A stretch of 64,000 nt of DNA from Acutalibacteraceae bacterium (GCA_045606785.1 JAZUSN010000017.1:187-64186); one strand, 5' to 3'. Shown: positions 53,712-63,929, numbered from the stretch's first letter. The notes: generated by a model not told the origin, from the letters alone. Numbers and translations: made by a program.

Positions 53712-55111
53712 TAGCCTACAGCAAGGCCGAAAAGAAGCATCAGACTTGTAGCCGCAAGATTTATAAGCTGGAACTTCCACGAATACTTTATCCACTTGCC
53801 GTAGCTGACACCTGTAAGACCGAGAGCTATGAGAAGAGCGGCATTAGTGGGATAGAAAACGTTTGAGAAGCCGTCGCCGAAAGCGAACGCAACAACACAA
53901 AGCTGCGGATTAACAGCAAAAAGCTGCGCCATAGGCACGATAAGCGGAATGAGGAGAAACGCCTTTGCTGAGCCCGAGCTGATAAAGAAGTTCATAACAA
54001 GAACTATCAGATAGACAAACAGCACGATTACGTACCTGGGCATACCGTCCATTGCCTCAACAGACCAATGAAGGACCGTATCGAGAATCTTCGCCTCTGT
54101 GAGCGTATATTTGATTGAGCTTGCAAGCAGAAGCAGCAAAACCGCAGGAAGGATATTGACTATGCCCTTGCCGAAGTTTTTGCCGAGAGAAGAAAGCTTT
54201 GTACCTGAAAGAAGCACGGAAGAAACACCTGCAACAAGGAATGCCAGAGCAACAATTATCATTGTGTAATCCTGCAATGCAGGAATGAATCCCGAGCTTA
54301 TAACAGCAAGAATTCCCAAGGAAAGGATAACCGCAAAACAGATGAGTGCCTTATCCATCTTTTTGTCCGGCTTGAAAGCACCTGAATTTACGGCACCGAG
54401 ACCTTTTTTCTCAACCTTCTTGGCATTAAAGTAGATAAAGAGCACGAGTATAACGTAAATTACGGCAAAGGCTACAATACGAAGCCAGATACCCGAAAAC
54501 ATCGGCAGACCAGCCAGACTCTGTGCAACGCCGACGGTGAAAGGATTGCATACGCCCGAGGCAAAGCCGCAGCCGACTGCAAGCAGACTCATACCCATAC
54601 CCGTCATTGCATCCCAACCCAAGCTGATGCTCAGCGCAACAACAATCGGCACCATGGGTATACACTCTTCAAAAGAGCCGATAAAGGCACCCATAGCCAT
54701 AAAGAAAAACGTTACAACCGCAAGCAGTTTATAGCGGGCTGCACCGAAACGGGAAACGATTTTATCGAGCATATATTTCATAAGTCCGCAGGAATCAAGC
54801 GCTGTGAAGACACCGCCGATTATAAGCAGAAACGCAATAATAGCAATTATTGTACCGCCGCCCTCTGCACCGAGCACCAGCACGGGTGAAGCGAGCCACT
54901 TACCGAATGAAATACCGCCCTCAACCGTATTATAGCACCTTGCAGGGTCAAGCATCTGCTTACCGTTTACGTCAATGCGCACATACTCGCCGCCAGGAAT
55001 AAAAAAGGTAAGCGCATATGTAAGAATCATAAGTGCAAAGATAACCGCAATTGCCGTAACGTAAGATTTTACGCTGACGTTAAGTCCTTTGCTCTCCTTG
55101 GTTTTACTCAT
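53705..55111 (-). CDS. YfcC-family (DcuC/C4-dicarboxylate-anaerobic-carrier-like) transporter
   Basis: 468 aa and polytopic. The N-terminus SVKSYVTAIAVIFALMILTYALTFFIPGGEY is typical of YfcC. It overlaps sigK by 7 nt (convergent). Confidence 0.8.
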   Translation of the reverse strand: MSKTKESKGLNVSVKSYVTAIAVIFALMILTYALTFFIPGGEYVRIDVNGKQMLDPARCYNTVEGGISFGKWLASPVLVLGAEGGGTIIAIIAFLLIIGGVFTALDSCGLMKYMLDKIVSRFGAARYKLLAVVTFFFMAMGAFIGSFEECIPMVPIVVALSISLGWDAMTGMGMSLLAVGCGFASGVCNPFTVGVAQSLAGLPMFSGIWLRIVAFAVIYVILVLFIYFNAKKVEKKGLGAVNSGAFKPDKKMDKALICFAVILSLGILAVISSGFIPALQDYTMIIVALAFLVAGVSSVLLSGTKLSSLGKNFGKGIVNILPAVLLLLLASSIKYTLTEAKILDTVLHWSVEAMDGMPRYVIVLFVYLIVLVMNFFISSGSAKAFLLIPLIVPMAQLFAVNPQLCVVAFAFGDGFSNVFYPTNAALLIALGLTGVSYGKWIKYSWKFQLINLAATSLMLLFGLAVGYH

Positions 55112-55219
55112 TTTTACCTCTCCTAAAACAAATACTTAACAAATTATAAGCTTTGTTTCTATTTTTTTCAATGTGAATATTAAACTAAAAATATCGAAGA
55201 ATATATACGGGTGATATAA

Positions 55220-55402
55220 ATGAAATACAATCACAGCGAAGAAAAGCGTTCGAAGCTGTCAAACAACGAAATTGAAGATGACGTATTTGATATGGTAAAC
55301 AAATACGGTACGTATAACATTCAGCCGACAAACGACACGGATAACACATTCCCTGCAATTGCACAGGGGCTTGCAAAAAAGCACCGCAGAAAACACAAAT
55401 AA
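55220..55402 (+). CDS. Small hydrophilic protein, function unknown
   Basis: 60 aa: MKYNHSEEKRSKLSNNEIEDDVFDMVNKYGTYNIQPTNDTDNTFPAIAQGLAKKHRRKHK. GGGTGA RBS and a downstream hairpin. No family recognised. Confidence 0.5.
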   Translation: MKYNHSEEKRSKLSNNEIEDDVFDMVNKYGTYNIQPTNDTDNTFPAIAQGLAKKHRRKHK

Positions 55403-55457
55403 AAAACAAAGAAGCCTCCGTTTGCACGGAAGCTTTTTGCATTTCTGTTCGCGATGA

Positions 55458-55607
55458 TTATGCAGAAATCATACCGATAAGATCCTTAACAGCAGCGACA
55501 ATCTTATCAACGATGCCGGACTCCTGAATCTTAGTTACGATCTCCTTAACTGTTGCGATAACCTCTTCCCAGTTGATCTCCTTGAGCATTTCCATGATCT
55601 GATCCAT
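55458..55607 (-). CDS. Leaderless 49-aa acidic amphipathic peptide (paralog 1)
   Basis: MDQIMEMLKEINWEEVIATVKEIVTKIQESGIVDKIVAAVKDLIGMISA. GGAGGTGAAA RBS. The internal ATG at 55607 is preferred over the ORF-track start at 55673. Confidence 0.7.
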   Translation of the reverse strand: MDQIMEMLKEINWEEVIATVKEIVTKIQESGIVDKIVAAVKDLIGMISA

Positions 55608-55644
55608 TACGATTTCACCTCCGTAAAACATGTTTGCATAATGG

Positions 55645-55673
55645 ATTATAGCACCTATTACAAAATTTGTCAA
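55645..55673 (-). promoter_or_regulatory. Consensus sigma-A promoter for peptide paralog 1
   Basis: The minus strand reads TTGACA-aattttgtaataggtgc-TATAAT, with perfect hexamers and a 17-nt spacer. Confidence 0.75.
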
Positions 55674-55763
55674 ATAAAAATTTAATAATTTCTTAAAAAA
55701 ACAACGACGGCCTGCACAAGCGCAGACCGCCAGAATGTGTAATGTAGGTTTTAAACAAAGAAA

Positions 55764-55901
55764 TTATGCAAAGAGACCCTGGAAAAAGCTGATGATTGCC
55801 TCAACAACACCTGAATCCTTAATCATACCTACGATGTCAGCAGCCTTACCTTCGTTAAGGAAGTTAAGAAGCTCCTCTACAAATGCGAGAATCTGATCCA
55901 T
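55764..55901 (-). CDS. Leaderless 45-aa acidic amphipathic peptide (paralog 2)
   Basis: MDQILAFVEELLNFLNEGKAADIVGMIKDSGVVEAIISFFQGLFA. GGAGGTGAAA RBS. An imperfect hairpin plus T-run lies downstream at about 55700..55745. Confidence 0.7.
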   Translation of the reverse strand: MDQILAFVEELLNFLNEGKAADIVGMIKDSGVVEAIISFFQGLFA

Positions 55902-55935
55902 TATTTTCACCTCCTGCATCTTCTGAAGTAATTTT

Positions 55936-55964
55936 ATTATAGACAAATTTTACGTTCGTGTCAA
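55936..55964 (-). promoter_or_regulatory. Consensus sigma-A promoter for peptide paralog 2
   Basis: The minus strand reads TTGACA-cgaacgtaaaatttgtc-TATAAT, with perfect hexamers and a 17-nt spacer. Confidence 0.75.
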
Positions 55965-56033
55965 CGCGTTGTTAACAAATTATTAACGCCAGAAGTAACA
56001 GTGAAGTAAAAACAAAGCAAAATCTTACTGATT

Positions 56034-57338
56034 TCAATGTTTTCTCTTTAAATCTCCGTTTGCAGGGTTATCCAGCACCGTGCCGTGCTCGTCAAAACGC
56101 GAGCCGTGGCAAGGGCAATCCCACGAGTGCTCTGCCCTGTTCCACTTGAGCGAACAGCCTAAATGCGGACAGCGTTTGCCCGTAAGCCCCGCAAAACCTA
56201 CCACCGATTCAGCTGCATTTATAAGCAGTTGAGAATTCAGCATACTTCTGTCGGGTGTAAAAAGCGGTGAATACTCGTTCTTATTTTCTGTCACACAGTC
56301 GCACAGCAGTTTAGCTGCAACCATTCCACCCGTAACACCCCATTTATTAAAACCGCTCGCAACAAAAAGCCTGTGAGTATTTGCGGAATAACCGCCTATA
56401 TACGGCACAGAGTCAAGGCTCATACAGTCTTGCGCCGCCCAATGTGCAACCTCCGCAGATGATTTATAGTGTTCTGCGGCAAACCGGCGAAGTTCTGCCC
56501 AGTTTCCGCCGGTTTTACCGGTACGGTGGCTGCCGCCGCCAAGCAGCAGCAAACCGCCGTAATTACGGAAAGAAAGGCCGTTTTTATCTTCATCCACATA
56601 CATACCGTCAAGCTGCTGAGCATTCTCCAGCGCAAGCACATAGGAGCGATGCTGATAGAGCTTGATAGAATAAAGACCGTGCTTATTGATAAACGGAAAG
56701 TGGGTTGTAACTATAACATTCTCAGCGCGGATGACCGCTTTATCGGTAACTGCGGTATTTCCTTTCATTTCACGCACAAAGGTATTTTCATAAATATTGA
56801 GATTTTTCGCAATCGCACCGAGAAACTTCAGCGGATGAAACTGAGCCTGCTCACCAAAGACCACCGCGCCTGCTATATCAATCGGTAACGGTAAAATATC
56901 GGAAAATTTTGCTTTACACCCCATTTTTAAAAGCGCTGACATTTCCTTCTCCAGCACCTCTCTGTCAGACACAGAGTAGACGTAGTTGTCTTTTGTTTCA
57001 AAGTCGCAGTCAATGCCCCTGCAAAGCCTTTTGTATTCAGCAAGAGCATCTTCATTTGCACGGTAATACGCATAAGCTTTTTCCGCACCGTATTTTTTAA
57101 ACAATTTACTGTAAATCAAACCGTGCTGTGATGTGATTTTTGCGGTCGTATTCTGAGTTGTGCCGCTGCAGATTCTGTTTTTTTCAACAAGAATATACCG
57201 CACTCCCCTGCCGTGCAGAAAATATGCCGTCAACAAGCCTGCTATACCGCCGCCTATTATCAACACGTCGGTTTTCACTTCGCCCTCAAGTGTCGGAAAC
57301 GACGGCATTTCAACATCTTTACGCCACAACGACTCCAT
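56034..57338 (-). CDS. FAD-dependent oxidoreductase fused to a C-terminal Rieske [2Fe-2S] domain (YhfW-like)
   Basis: DVLIIGGGIAGL dinucleotide-binding motif. Rieske motifs CPHLGC...CPCHGS. Start taken at MESLWRKD (57338), behind GAGGTGA. Confidence 0.8.
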   Translation of the reverse strand: MESLWRKDVEMPSFPTLEGEVKTDVLIIGGGIAGLLTAYFLHGRGVRYILVEKNRICSGTTQNTTAKITSQHGLIYSKLFKKYGAEKAYAYYRANEDALAEYKRLCRGIDCDFETKDNYVYSVSDREVLEKEMSALLKMGCKAKFSDILPLPIDIAGAVVFGEQAQFHPLKFLGAIAKNLNIYENTFVREMKGNTAVTDKAVIRAENVIVTTHFPFINKHGLYSIKLYQHRSYVLALENAQQLDGMYVDEDKNGLSFRNYGGLLLLGGGSHRTGKTGGNWAELRRFAAEHYKSSAEVAHWAAQDCMSLDSVPYIGGYSANTHRLFVASGFNKWGVTGGMVAAKLLCDCVTENKNEYSPLFTPDRSMLNSQLLINAAESVVGFAGLTGKRCPHLGCSLKWNRAEHSWDCPCHGSRFDEHGTVLDNPANGDLKRKH

Positions 57339-57384
57339 AAAGATCACCTCAAATAAAAATTTTATTCTATTTTGTGACATAAAG

Positions 57385-57415
57385 ACAAAAAAATACAGCC
57401 TCAAAAGAGGCTGTA
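57385..57415 (-). terminator. Rho-independent terminator after glyA
   Basis: TACAGCCTC / GAGGCTGTA stem followed by a T-run on the minus strand. Confidence 0.8.
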
Positions 57416-57433
57416 CAAAAGTTTAAGCATTGA

Positions 57434-58681
57434 TTAATAAATCGGATATTTCTCGCAGATTTTGTTGACTTCTGCACGGATGTAGTCCGCGCTGTTCTCG
57501 AAATCAGTTGCAGCGAGGTAGATAAGCTCAGCAATCTTGACCATATCCTCCTCGACCATACCTCTTGAGGTAACTGCAGCAGTACCGATACGTACACCGC
57601 TTGTGATGAAGAACTTTTCGGGATCGTTGGGAATTGCGTTCTTGTTGACTGTGATGAATACTTCGTCAAGGCGCTTTTCAAGCTCCTTGCCCGTGATGCT
57701 GAAGGGACGCAGGTCAACAAGCATAAGGTGGTTATCCGTTCCGCCTGAAACAAGGTTGAAGCCCTTTGCAAGAAGTGCATCGGCAAGCGCCTTTGCATTC
57801 TTGACGATCTGCTGCTGATAAGCCTTAAACTCGGGCTTGAGAGCCTCACCGAAGCAGACAGCCTTACCTGCGATAACGTGCATAAGAGGGCCGCCCTGGC
57901 TGCCGGGGAAAATAGCCTTGTCGATATCTTTAGCATACTCCTCTTTGCAGAGAATCATACCGCCTCTGGGGCCGCGGAGAGTTTTGTGAGTTGTGGTTGT
58001 AACAAAATCGGCAAACGGCACGGGAGAATCGTGGCAATCAGCTGCGATAAGACCTGCGATATGAGCCATATCAACCATAAAGAGGCTGCCTGCAAGCTTT
58101 GCGATTTTGCTGATACGTCTGAAATCAATAACTCTGGGGTATGCGGAAGCGCCTGCAACGATGAGCTTGGGTTTGACCTCAAGTGCGAGTCTTTCAAGCT
58201 CGTCATAATCGATGAAACCTTCTTCGGTTACACCGTAGGGCACGAAATTGTAAAGCTTGCCGCTGAGATTTGCGGGTGAGCCGTGGGTCAGGTGACCGCC
58301 GCAGTCAAGGCTCATACCGAGAACAGTATCGCCCGGCTTGAGAAATGCGTTGTAAACAGCGAAATTTGCCTGTGAGCCCGAGTGAGGCTGAACATTTACG
58401 TGCTCTGCACCGAAGAGCTGCTTTGCGCGCTCAATAGCGATATTTTCAACAATATCAACACACTCGCAGCCGCCGTAGTAACGCTTTGCGGGATAACCCT
58501 CGGCATACTTGTTAGTAAGAACGCTGCCCATTGCGGCAAGAACGGCGGGAGAGACGATATTTTCCGAAGCGATAAGCTCGATATTGCGCTTCTGGCGGGC
58601 AAGTTCGAGGGACATTGCGTCCGCTACTTCGGTATCCGTCTCACGGATGAGAGAAATTGAATCAAGTACATTTTCAAACAT
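57434..58681 (-). CDS. glyA: Serine hydroxymethyltransferase
   Basis: [37 protein letters not shown]...[13 protein letters not shown] are canonical SHMT motifs. Confidence 0.95.
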   Translation of the reverse strand: MFENVLDSISLIRETDTEVADAMSLELARQKRNIELIASENIVSPAVLAAMGSVLTNKYAEGYPAKRYYGGCECVDIVENIAIERAKQLFGAEHVNVQPHSGSQANFAVYNAFLKPGDTVLGMSLDCGGHLTHGSPANLSGKLYNFVPYGVTEEGFIDYDELERLALEVKPKLIVAGASAYPRVIDFRRISKIAKLAGSLFMVDMAHIAGLIAADCHDSPVPFADFVTTTTHKTLRGPRGGMILCKEEYAKDIDKAIFPGSQGGPLMHVIAGKAVCFGEALKPEFKAYQQQIVKNAKALADALLAKGFNLVSGGTDNHLMLVDLRPFSITGKELEKRLDEVFITVNKNAIPNDPEKFFITSGVRIGTAAVTSRGMVEEDMVKIAELIYLAATDFENSADYIRAEVNKICEKYPIY

Positions 58682-58701
58682 AATATTTTACCTCCGATAA
58701 A

Positions 58702-60705
58702 TCAAACATCAAGGTTTTGTACGTATTTTGCGTTTTTCTCAATAAATTCGCGTCTGGGCTCAACCTTATCGCCCATAAGAATTGAGAAGGTTTCGTCAGC
58801 CTGAATGGCATCTTCAAGAGTAACTCTGAGCATTGTGCGGTTTGCAGGGTCCATTGTTGTTTCGCGAAGCTGGATGGGATCCATCTCACCAAGACCTTTG
58901 TATCGCTGAATGTCGCAGCTGCCGCCCATTTCGGCAATCTTCTCGTCACGCTCCTCGTCAGAGAATGCATACTCTACCTTCTTGCCTTTACTTATTTTGT
59001 AAAGCGGTGGCTGTGCGATATAGACGTAGCCGTTGTCGATAAGCGGACGCATATAGCGGAAGAAGAATGTGAGAAGAAGTGTGCGGATATGTGCACCGTC
59101 GACGTCGGCATCGGCCATAATGATGATTTTGTGATAACGAAGCTTTGTGATATCGAAATCCTCATCAATACCGGTACCGAGAGCGATAACGACGGGGGTC
59201 AGCTTTTCGTTGCCGATAACCTTATCGAGTCTTGCCTTTTCGACGTTGAGCATTTTACCCCAGAGAGGAAGAATAGCCTGATAGTTTTTATCTCTGCCTT
59301 CCTTTGCAGAGCCGCCCGCAGAGTCACCCTCGACGATGTACAGTTCTGTATTTTCGGGGTTTTTGTCTGTACAGTCGGCAAGCTTACCGGGAAGTGAGCT
59401 TGAATTTGAAAGAGCTGTCTTTCTTGCGGATTCCTTGGCTTTACGTACCGCCTCACGCACACGTGAAGCCTCACAAGCCTTGGTAAGGAGAGCCTTAGCA
59501 ACCTGCGGATTCTCCTCGAAATAGGTCATAAGCTTATCGTTGACGGTTTTGGAGACAAGCTTTGTCATCTCGGTGTTGCCGAGCTTACCCTTTGTCTGGC
59601 CTTCAAACTGAGCCTCTGTAAGCTTGACGCTTATGATTGCAACAAGACCCTCACGCACATCTTCGCCGGAAAGATTCTTATCGCTTTCCTTGAGGATGCC
59701 GTACTTTTTGCCGTAATCGTTGAATACCTTTGTAAGAGCTGTTTTGAAGCCCGTTTCGTGGGTACCGCCGTCGATCGTTCGAACGTTGTTGGCAAAGCTG
59801 ATAAGTGTTTCGTTATAGCCGTCGTTATACATAAGAGCGATTTCAGCGCTCGAATCGTCACGCACGCTGGAAAAATGAATCGGAGCAGGCTGAACAGGTG
59901 TAAAGCCTCGGCTCTCATTAACGTGATTTACAAACTCACTCAGACCGCCCTCGTAGCAGAATACACGCTCCTGAACATTATCGGGGGCACGTCTGTCTGT
60001 GAAAGTGATTTTGAGGCCTGCATTAAGGAATGCGGACTCACGCAATCTGCGCTCAAGAATCTCAAAATCGTAGACTGTTGTTTCGGTGAAAATTTCGGGA
60101 TCAGCCTTGAAGCGGATAAATGTACCCGTATTCTCGCTTGTGCCGATAATGTCAAGGTCGCTTCTGATTTCGCCGCGCTCAAAGCTCTGGCGGTATACAT
60201 TACCGTTACGGGAAACCTCGACGACAAACCACTCGGAAAGAGCGTTAACAACGGAAGAACCGACACCGTGAAGACCGCCGGAAACCTTGTAGCCGCTGCC
60301 GCCGAATTTACCGCCGGCGTGAAGCACGGTAAGAACAACGGTAACAGATGGCATACCCATCTTTTCGTTCATATCAACCGGGATACCTCGTCCGTTATCA
60401 CGTACGCTGATTACGTTGTCGGGCTCGATTTCAACCTCAATATGTGTGCAAAAGCCTGCGAGAGCCTCGTCGATTGAGTTATCGACAATTTCGTACACAA
60501 GGTGATGAAGACCGTTGGGGCCTGTAGAGCCGATATACATACCGGGTCTCATGCGTACAGCCTCAAGTCCCTCGAGAACCTGAATCTGATTTGCGCCGTA
60601 TTCTTCACTTACGGCTGTGTCCATTTGCTCAACGGGGCCTATTCCCTCTTCGTTGATTTCGTCTGTGAAAGTCTCTGTGATCTGAATGTTTTCCTGATTA
60701 TCCAA
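58702..60705 (-). CDS. gyrB: DNA gyrase subunit B (type IIA topoisomerase ATPase subunit)
   Basis: [21 protein letters not shown]...[14 protein letters not shown]...[14 protein letters not shown]...[10 protein letters not shown]. It is called gyrB rather than parE because a DUF370 gene lies immediately upstream, as in Firmicute origin regions. TTG start at 60705, 8 nt after AAGGAGG. Confidence 0.85.
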   Translation of the reverse strand: MDNQENIQITETFTDEINEEGIGPVEQMDTAVSEEYGANQIQVLEGLEAVRMRPGMYIGSTGPNGLHHLVYEIVDNSIDEALAGFCTHIEVEIEPDNVISVRDNGRGIPVDMNEKMGMPSVTVVLTVLHAGGKFGGSGYKVSGGLHGVGSSVVNALSEWFVVEVSRNGNVYRQSFERGEIRSDLDIIGTSENTGTFIRFKADPEIFTETTVYDFEILERRLRESAFLNAGLKITFTDRRAPDNVQERVFCYEGGLSEFVNHVNESRGFTPVQPAPIHFSSVRDDSSAEIALMYNDGYNETLISFANNVRTIDGGTHETGFKTALTKVFNDYGKKYGILKESDKNLSGEDVREGLVAIISVKLTEAQFEGQTKGKLGNTEMTKLVSKTVNDKLMTYFEENPQVAKALLTKACEASRVREAVRKAKESARKTALSNSSSLPGKLADCTDKNPENTELYIVEGDSAGGSAKEGRDKNYQAILPLWGKMLNVEKARLDKVIGNEKLTPVVIALGTGIDEDFDITKLRYHKIIIMADADVDGAHIRTLLLTFFFRYMRPLIDNGYVYIAQPPLYKISKGKKVEYAFSDEERDEKIAEMGGSCDIQRYKGLGEMDPIQLRETTMDPANRTMLRVTLEDAIQADETFSILMGDKVEPRREFIEKNAKYVQNLDV

Positions 60706-60744
60706 AACTGACTTCCTCCTTGTTATTTGTTATCCGTCGGCTGT

Positions 60745-61011
60745 TCAGCGGTTGTTCAGCGTGTTTTTACTGCGCTTGAGGAGAGTTGACGGAGATATAG
60801 GTGAGATATAAACTGTGGTTGTGCCGTCGGTATTACGGCACACGATAAAAGATTTGGGCAGATCCATACTGACGTTGACGACCCTGCCGGTTTTGGTTGC
60901 ATTGGCAAGATAGTCTCTCGTCGCCTTTGAAACAGTTGTCGCATCAAGGTCGAATATGCCGAGAATCTCTTCGTAAGTTATTACAGTGTCTTGTCCGAGG
61001 TGCAGGTACAT
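60745..61011 (-). CDS. DUF370 domain protein (RemB/YaaB-like)
   Basis: MYLHLGQDTVITYEEILGIFDLD...VYISPISPSTLLKR is typical of DUF370. AAAGAGGAG RBS lies inside the tadA 3' end. Confidence 0.8.
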   Translation of the reverse strand: MYLHLGQDTVITYEEILGIFDLDATTVSKATRDYLANATKTGRVVNVSMDLPKSFIVCRNTDGTTTVYISPISPSTLLKRSKNTLNNR

Positions 61012-61499
61012 GCGCTCAGCTCCTCTTTACGTTTCTTTTTCTGCTCTGCTTTGCGGATACGAAGCGCTGCAAAAAACTCGGTAAGCAACGCGCCGCATTC
61101 CTCCTGCATAAAGCCGCCTTCAATTTTCGGTTTACTGTTATACGGAAAATCACAAAGGTTTACAACGCTGCCCATAGAGCCCGACTTATAGTCGTATGCG
61201 CCGAAAACCACGCGTCTTACTCTTGAATTGATAATAGCCCCCGTACACATCGGGCAGGGCTCAAGTGTTACGAAAAGCTCACACTCGGCAAGGCGCCAGC
61301 CGCCAAGAGTATTGCATGCCATATTAATTGCTTCTACCTCTGCATGGGCAAGAGCATTCTTGCCGGTTTCACGCCGATTGAAACCCTCACCGACAATTAC
61401 ACCGTTGTGAGTTACTACCGCACCGACGGGCACTTCATCAAGAACTGCCGCCTGCCTGGCAAGCTCAATTGCCCGCAGCATAAATTCGCTGTCCGTCAT
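60981..61499 (-). CDS. tadA: tRNA adenosine(34) deaminase
   Basis: HAEVEAI...TLEPCPMCTGAI zinc-binding deaminase motifs. Start taken at MTDSEFMLRAIELA (61499). The 3' end overlaps the DUF370 gene by 31 nt. Confidence 0.9.
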   Translation of the reverse strand: MTDSEFMLRAIELARQAAVLDEVPVGAVVTHNGVIVGEGFNRRETGKNALAHAEVEAINMACNTLGGWRLAECELFVTLEPCPMCTGAIINSRVRRVVFGAYDYKSGSMGSVVNLCDFPYNSKPKIEGGFMQEECGALLTEFFAALRIRKAEQKKKRKEELSACTCTSDKTL

Positions 61500-61518
61500 A
61501 ATACTACCTTCCATCCGT

Positions 61519-62499
61519 TTAGACGATGTTACTGATGATAATAAATGCAAAATAAGCCAACGCAAGAACCATCGGTATTGAAACGAAGAAACCGAACGTT
61601 CTCCTGCGCGTACTCAGACCCGATTCATCGCGCCGCATCTTCAGGCCGTACCTTCTGCCATAAGCGACCAGAGCAATAATACCTGCCGCAACAACTCCGA
61701 TACATGCGATGTTGTATATGATGTAACTCACATCGGGAACGGCATATTCCAGCTCGGTAAAGAACACAGAAAAACCGTTATTGAGAGCGTGAATGATAAT
61801 GCCGACCCAAAGGCTGCGCGAATACACAACCGCACAACCTATCACAAAGCCTGCCAAGGATGCAAAAACAATATTGGCCGGACGAACGTGAGCAAGGCCA
61901 AAAAGCACAGAGGTAGCAATGACCGCGAAAAAATCGCCGTAACGCCTGAGCGGCTGCATAAGAACACCGCGGAACACGAACTCCTCAACCAAAGGAGCAA
62001 TAACCGCAGCACAGACAAAATCCATTACGACGTCGAGCGCGTTGGTTGAAGGAACAGGCTGCGGAGTGTAGCCGCCTATACCGATAAGGTCAAACAAGGT
62101 GCCGACAATGTTGGCAATATAGTTTGAAGCGATGCAGAAGCCGAAGCCTGCTGCAATCAGCAGCACAGCTTTGTCAAAGGAAATCGGAGTATGAAACGGG
62201 AGAGCTTTGAAATATGAAAGCCTGCCTCTTTTTTTGCTGTAGAGCCAGAAAGGTAGACCAAGCGAGATAACCGTAAAGAACAAGCCGCCCGACGCATACT
62301 GAAAAGCAGGGTTGCTGTAATACGCATCCACAAGACCGAACAGCTTAAGAAAAACGAACAGAACCTCCTGCAAGGCGAAGTAGCCGAGCAGGCACCAGCC
62401 TGCAACAGCGCTGTGCTTGCGAAGAGTGCGGTATCTTTCGCGTGACGGGTCGGGAGAGAGCGGAGCCGCATAAACAAATTCCTGTGCCATATGCGTCAC
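61519..62499 (-). CDS. CPBP-family intramembrane glutamic endopeptidase (CAAX protease-like)
   Basis: APLVEEFVFRGVLM, FGLAH and HALNN motifs in a polytopic protein. Confidence 0.85.
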   Translation of the reverse strand: MTHMAQEFVYAAPLSPDPSRERYRTLRKHSAVAGWCLLGYFALQEVLFVFLKLFGLVDAYYSNPAFQYASGGLFFTVISLGLPFWLYSKKRGRLSYFKALPFHTPISFDKAVLLIAAGFGFCIASNYIANIVGTLFDLIGIGGYTPQPVPSTNALDVVMDFVCAAVIAPLVEEFVFRGVLMQPLRRYGDFFAVIATSVLFGLAHVRPANIVFASLAGFVIGCAVVYSRSLWVGIIIHALNNGFSVFFTELEYAVPDVSYIIYNIACIGVVAAGIIALVAYGRRYGLKMRRDESGLSTRRRTFGFFVSIPMVLALAYFAFIIISNIV

Positions 62500-62680
62500 C
62501 TCCTAAATAATAACGCACAAATAAGTATAATTTATATCTATAATATTACACGTAGAGATTATAACACAACGCACACAAAAAAGCAACACACAAATGAAGA
62601 AAAAAGCAACATTATTCAGTTGAAATAATGCGCTGAATATGGTAAACTTATATCAATTTTTCTGCAGAGAGGTGCAACTT

Positions 62681-63436
62681 ATGAAATTTGTATCCTGGAA
62701 CGTAAACGGACTCAGAGCGTGTATGACAAAGGGCTTTGACGATATATTAAGAAATCTGGACGCAGACATATTCTGCGTTCAGGAAACCAAGCTTCAGCTC
62801 GGTCAGATAGACTATCACCCCGAAGGATACAGCCAGTTCTGGAATTACGCCGAAAAGAAAGGCTACTCCGGCACGGCGGTATTCACAAAACAGGAGCCGC
62901 TCAGCGTATTTTACGGCATTGACGTAGAAAAGCACGACCACGAGGGCAGAGTCATAACTCTTGAGTTTGAAAAGTTCTATTTTGTCTGTGTTTATACACC
63001 CAATTCACAGGATGAGCTTCGCAGGCTTGACTACAGAATGGAGTGGGAGGACGATTTCAGAGAGTATCTTGTTTCTCTTGCAAAGGACAAGCACGTCGTC
63101 GTATGCGGCGATATGAACGTTGCCCACAAGGAAATCGACCTCAAAAACCCGAAAACCAACCGCCGCAACCCGGGCTTCACCGATGAAGAAAGAGGAAAGT
63201 TCGACCTACTCCTCGGCGCAGGCTTTACGGATACATTCCGTTACTTCTACCCCGACCTTGAAAATGCTTACTCTTGGTGGAGCTACCGCTTCAAGGCAAG
63301 AGAAAAGAATGTCGGGTGGCGCATTGACTATTTTCTTGTCAGCAGCGGCGCTGACAGCCTGCTGAAGAGTGCAAAGATACACAGCGATATATTCGGCTCG
63401 GACCACTGCCCCGTTGAAGTTGAAATTGATTTTTAA
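62681..63436 (+). CDS. xth: Exodeoxyribonuclease III
   Basis: MKFVSWNVNGLRA...FCVQETK...GDMNVAH...WSYR...GWRIDYFL...GSDHCPV. Confidence 0.95.
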   Translation: MKFVSWNVNGLRACMTKGFDDILRNLDADIFCVQETKLQLGQIDYHPEGYSQFWNYAEKKGYSGTAVFTKQEPLSVFYGIDVEKHDHEGRVITLEFEKFYFVCVYTPNSQDELRRLDYRMEWEDDFREYLVSLAKDKHVVVCGDMNVAHKEIDLKNPKTNRRNPGFTDEERGKFDLLLGAGFTDTFRYFYPDLENAYSWWSYRFKAREKNVGWRIDYFLVSSGADSLLKSAKIHSDIFGSDHCPVEVEIDF

Positions 63437-63448
63437 GGAGAATCGGTA

Positions 63449-63925
63449 ATGTCTATTGAAAAAGTACGCCCCTACCTCGCAGAAAGAGGTATGGAGGCAA
63501 GAATAAAGGAATTTGACGTATCAAGCGCAACGGTTGAGCTTGCGGCACAGGCACTCGGCTGCGAGGGCAAAAGAATTGCAAAAACACTCTCGTTTATGCT
63601 TAACTCAAACGCAATACTCATCGTTGCCGCAGGTGACGCCAAGGTTGACAACGCCAAATACAAGGCCCGCTTCGGCGCAAAGGCAAAAATGCTCACACCT
63701 GATGAGGCTGTCGAGCTTGTAGGACACGCAGTAGGCGGCGTATGCCCCTTTGCGGTAAACGACGGCGTCAGCATTTACCTTGATATTTCTCTCAAGCGTT
63801 TTGATATCGTATACCCTGCAGCAGGCAGCTCCAACAGCGCTGTTGAGCTGAGCATACCCGAGCTTGAGTCACTCTGCCCCGATGCAGAATGGGTAGACGT
63901 ATGCAAGGCATGGCAGGAAGTATAA
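63449..63925 (+). CDS. YbaK/EbsC-family aminoacyl-tRNA editing (deacylase) domain protein
   Basis: IAKTLSFM...ILIVAAGDAKVDN...GHAVGGVCPF is typical of YbaK/ProX-type domains. Confidence 0.8.
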   Translation: MSIEKVRPYLAERGMEARIKEFDVSSATVELAAQALGCEGKRIAKTLSFMLNSNAILIVAAGDAKVDNAKYKARFGAKAKMLTPDEAVELVGHAVGGVCPFAVNDGVSIYLDISLKRFDIVYPAAGSSNSAVELSIPELESLCPDAEWVDVCKAWQEV

Positions 63926-63929
63926 AAGA

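Noticed and set aside
57367-57936. 189-aa minus-strand ORF overlapping glyA in another frame
   Set aside because: It is a Ser/Leu/Arg-rich out-of-frame shadow of the canonical SHMT gene.
59758-60477. 239-aa plus-strand ORF
   Set aside because: It is antisense to the conserved core of gyrB. Long antisense ORFs are common in such genes, and no independent support was found.
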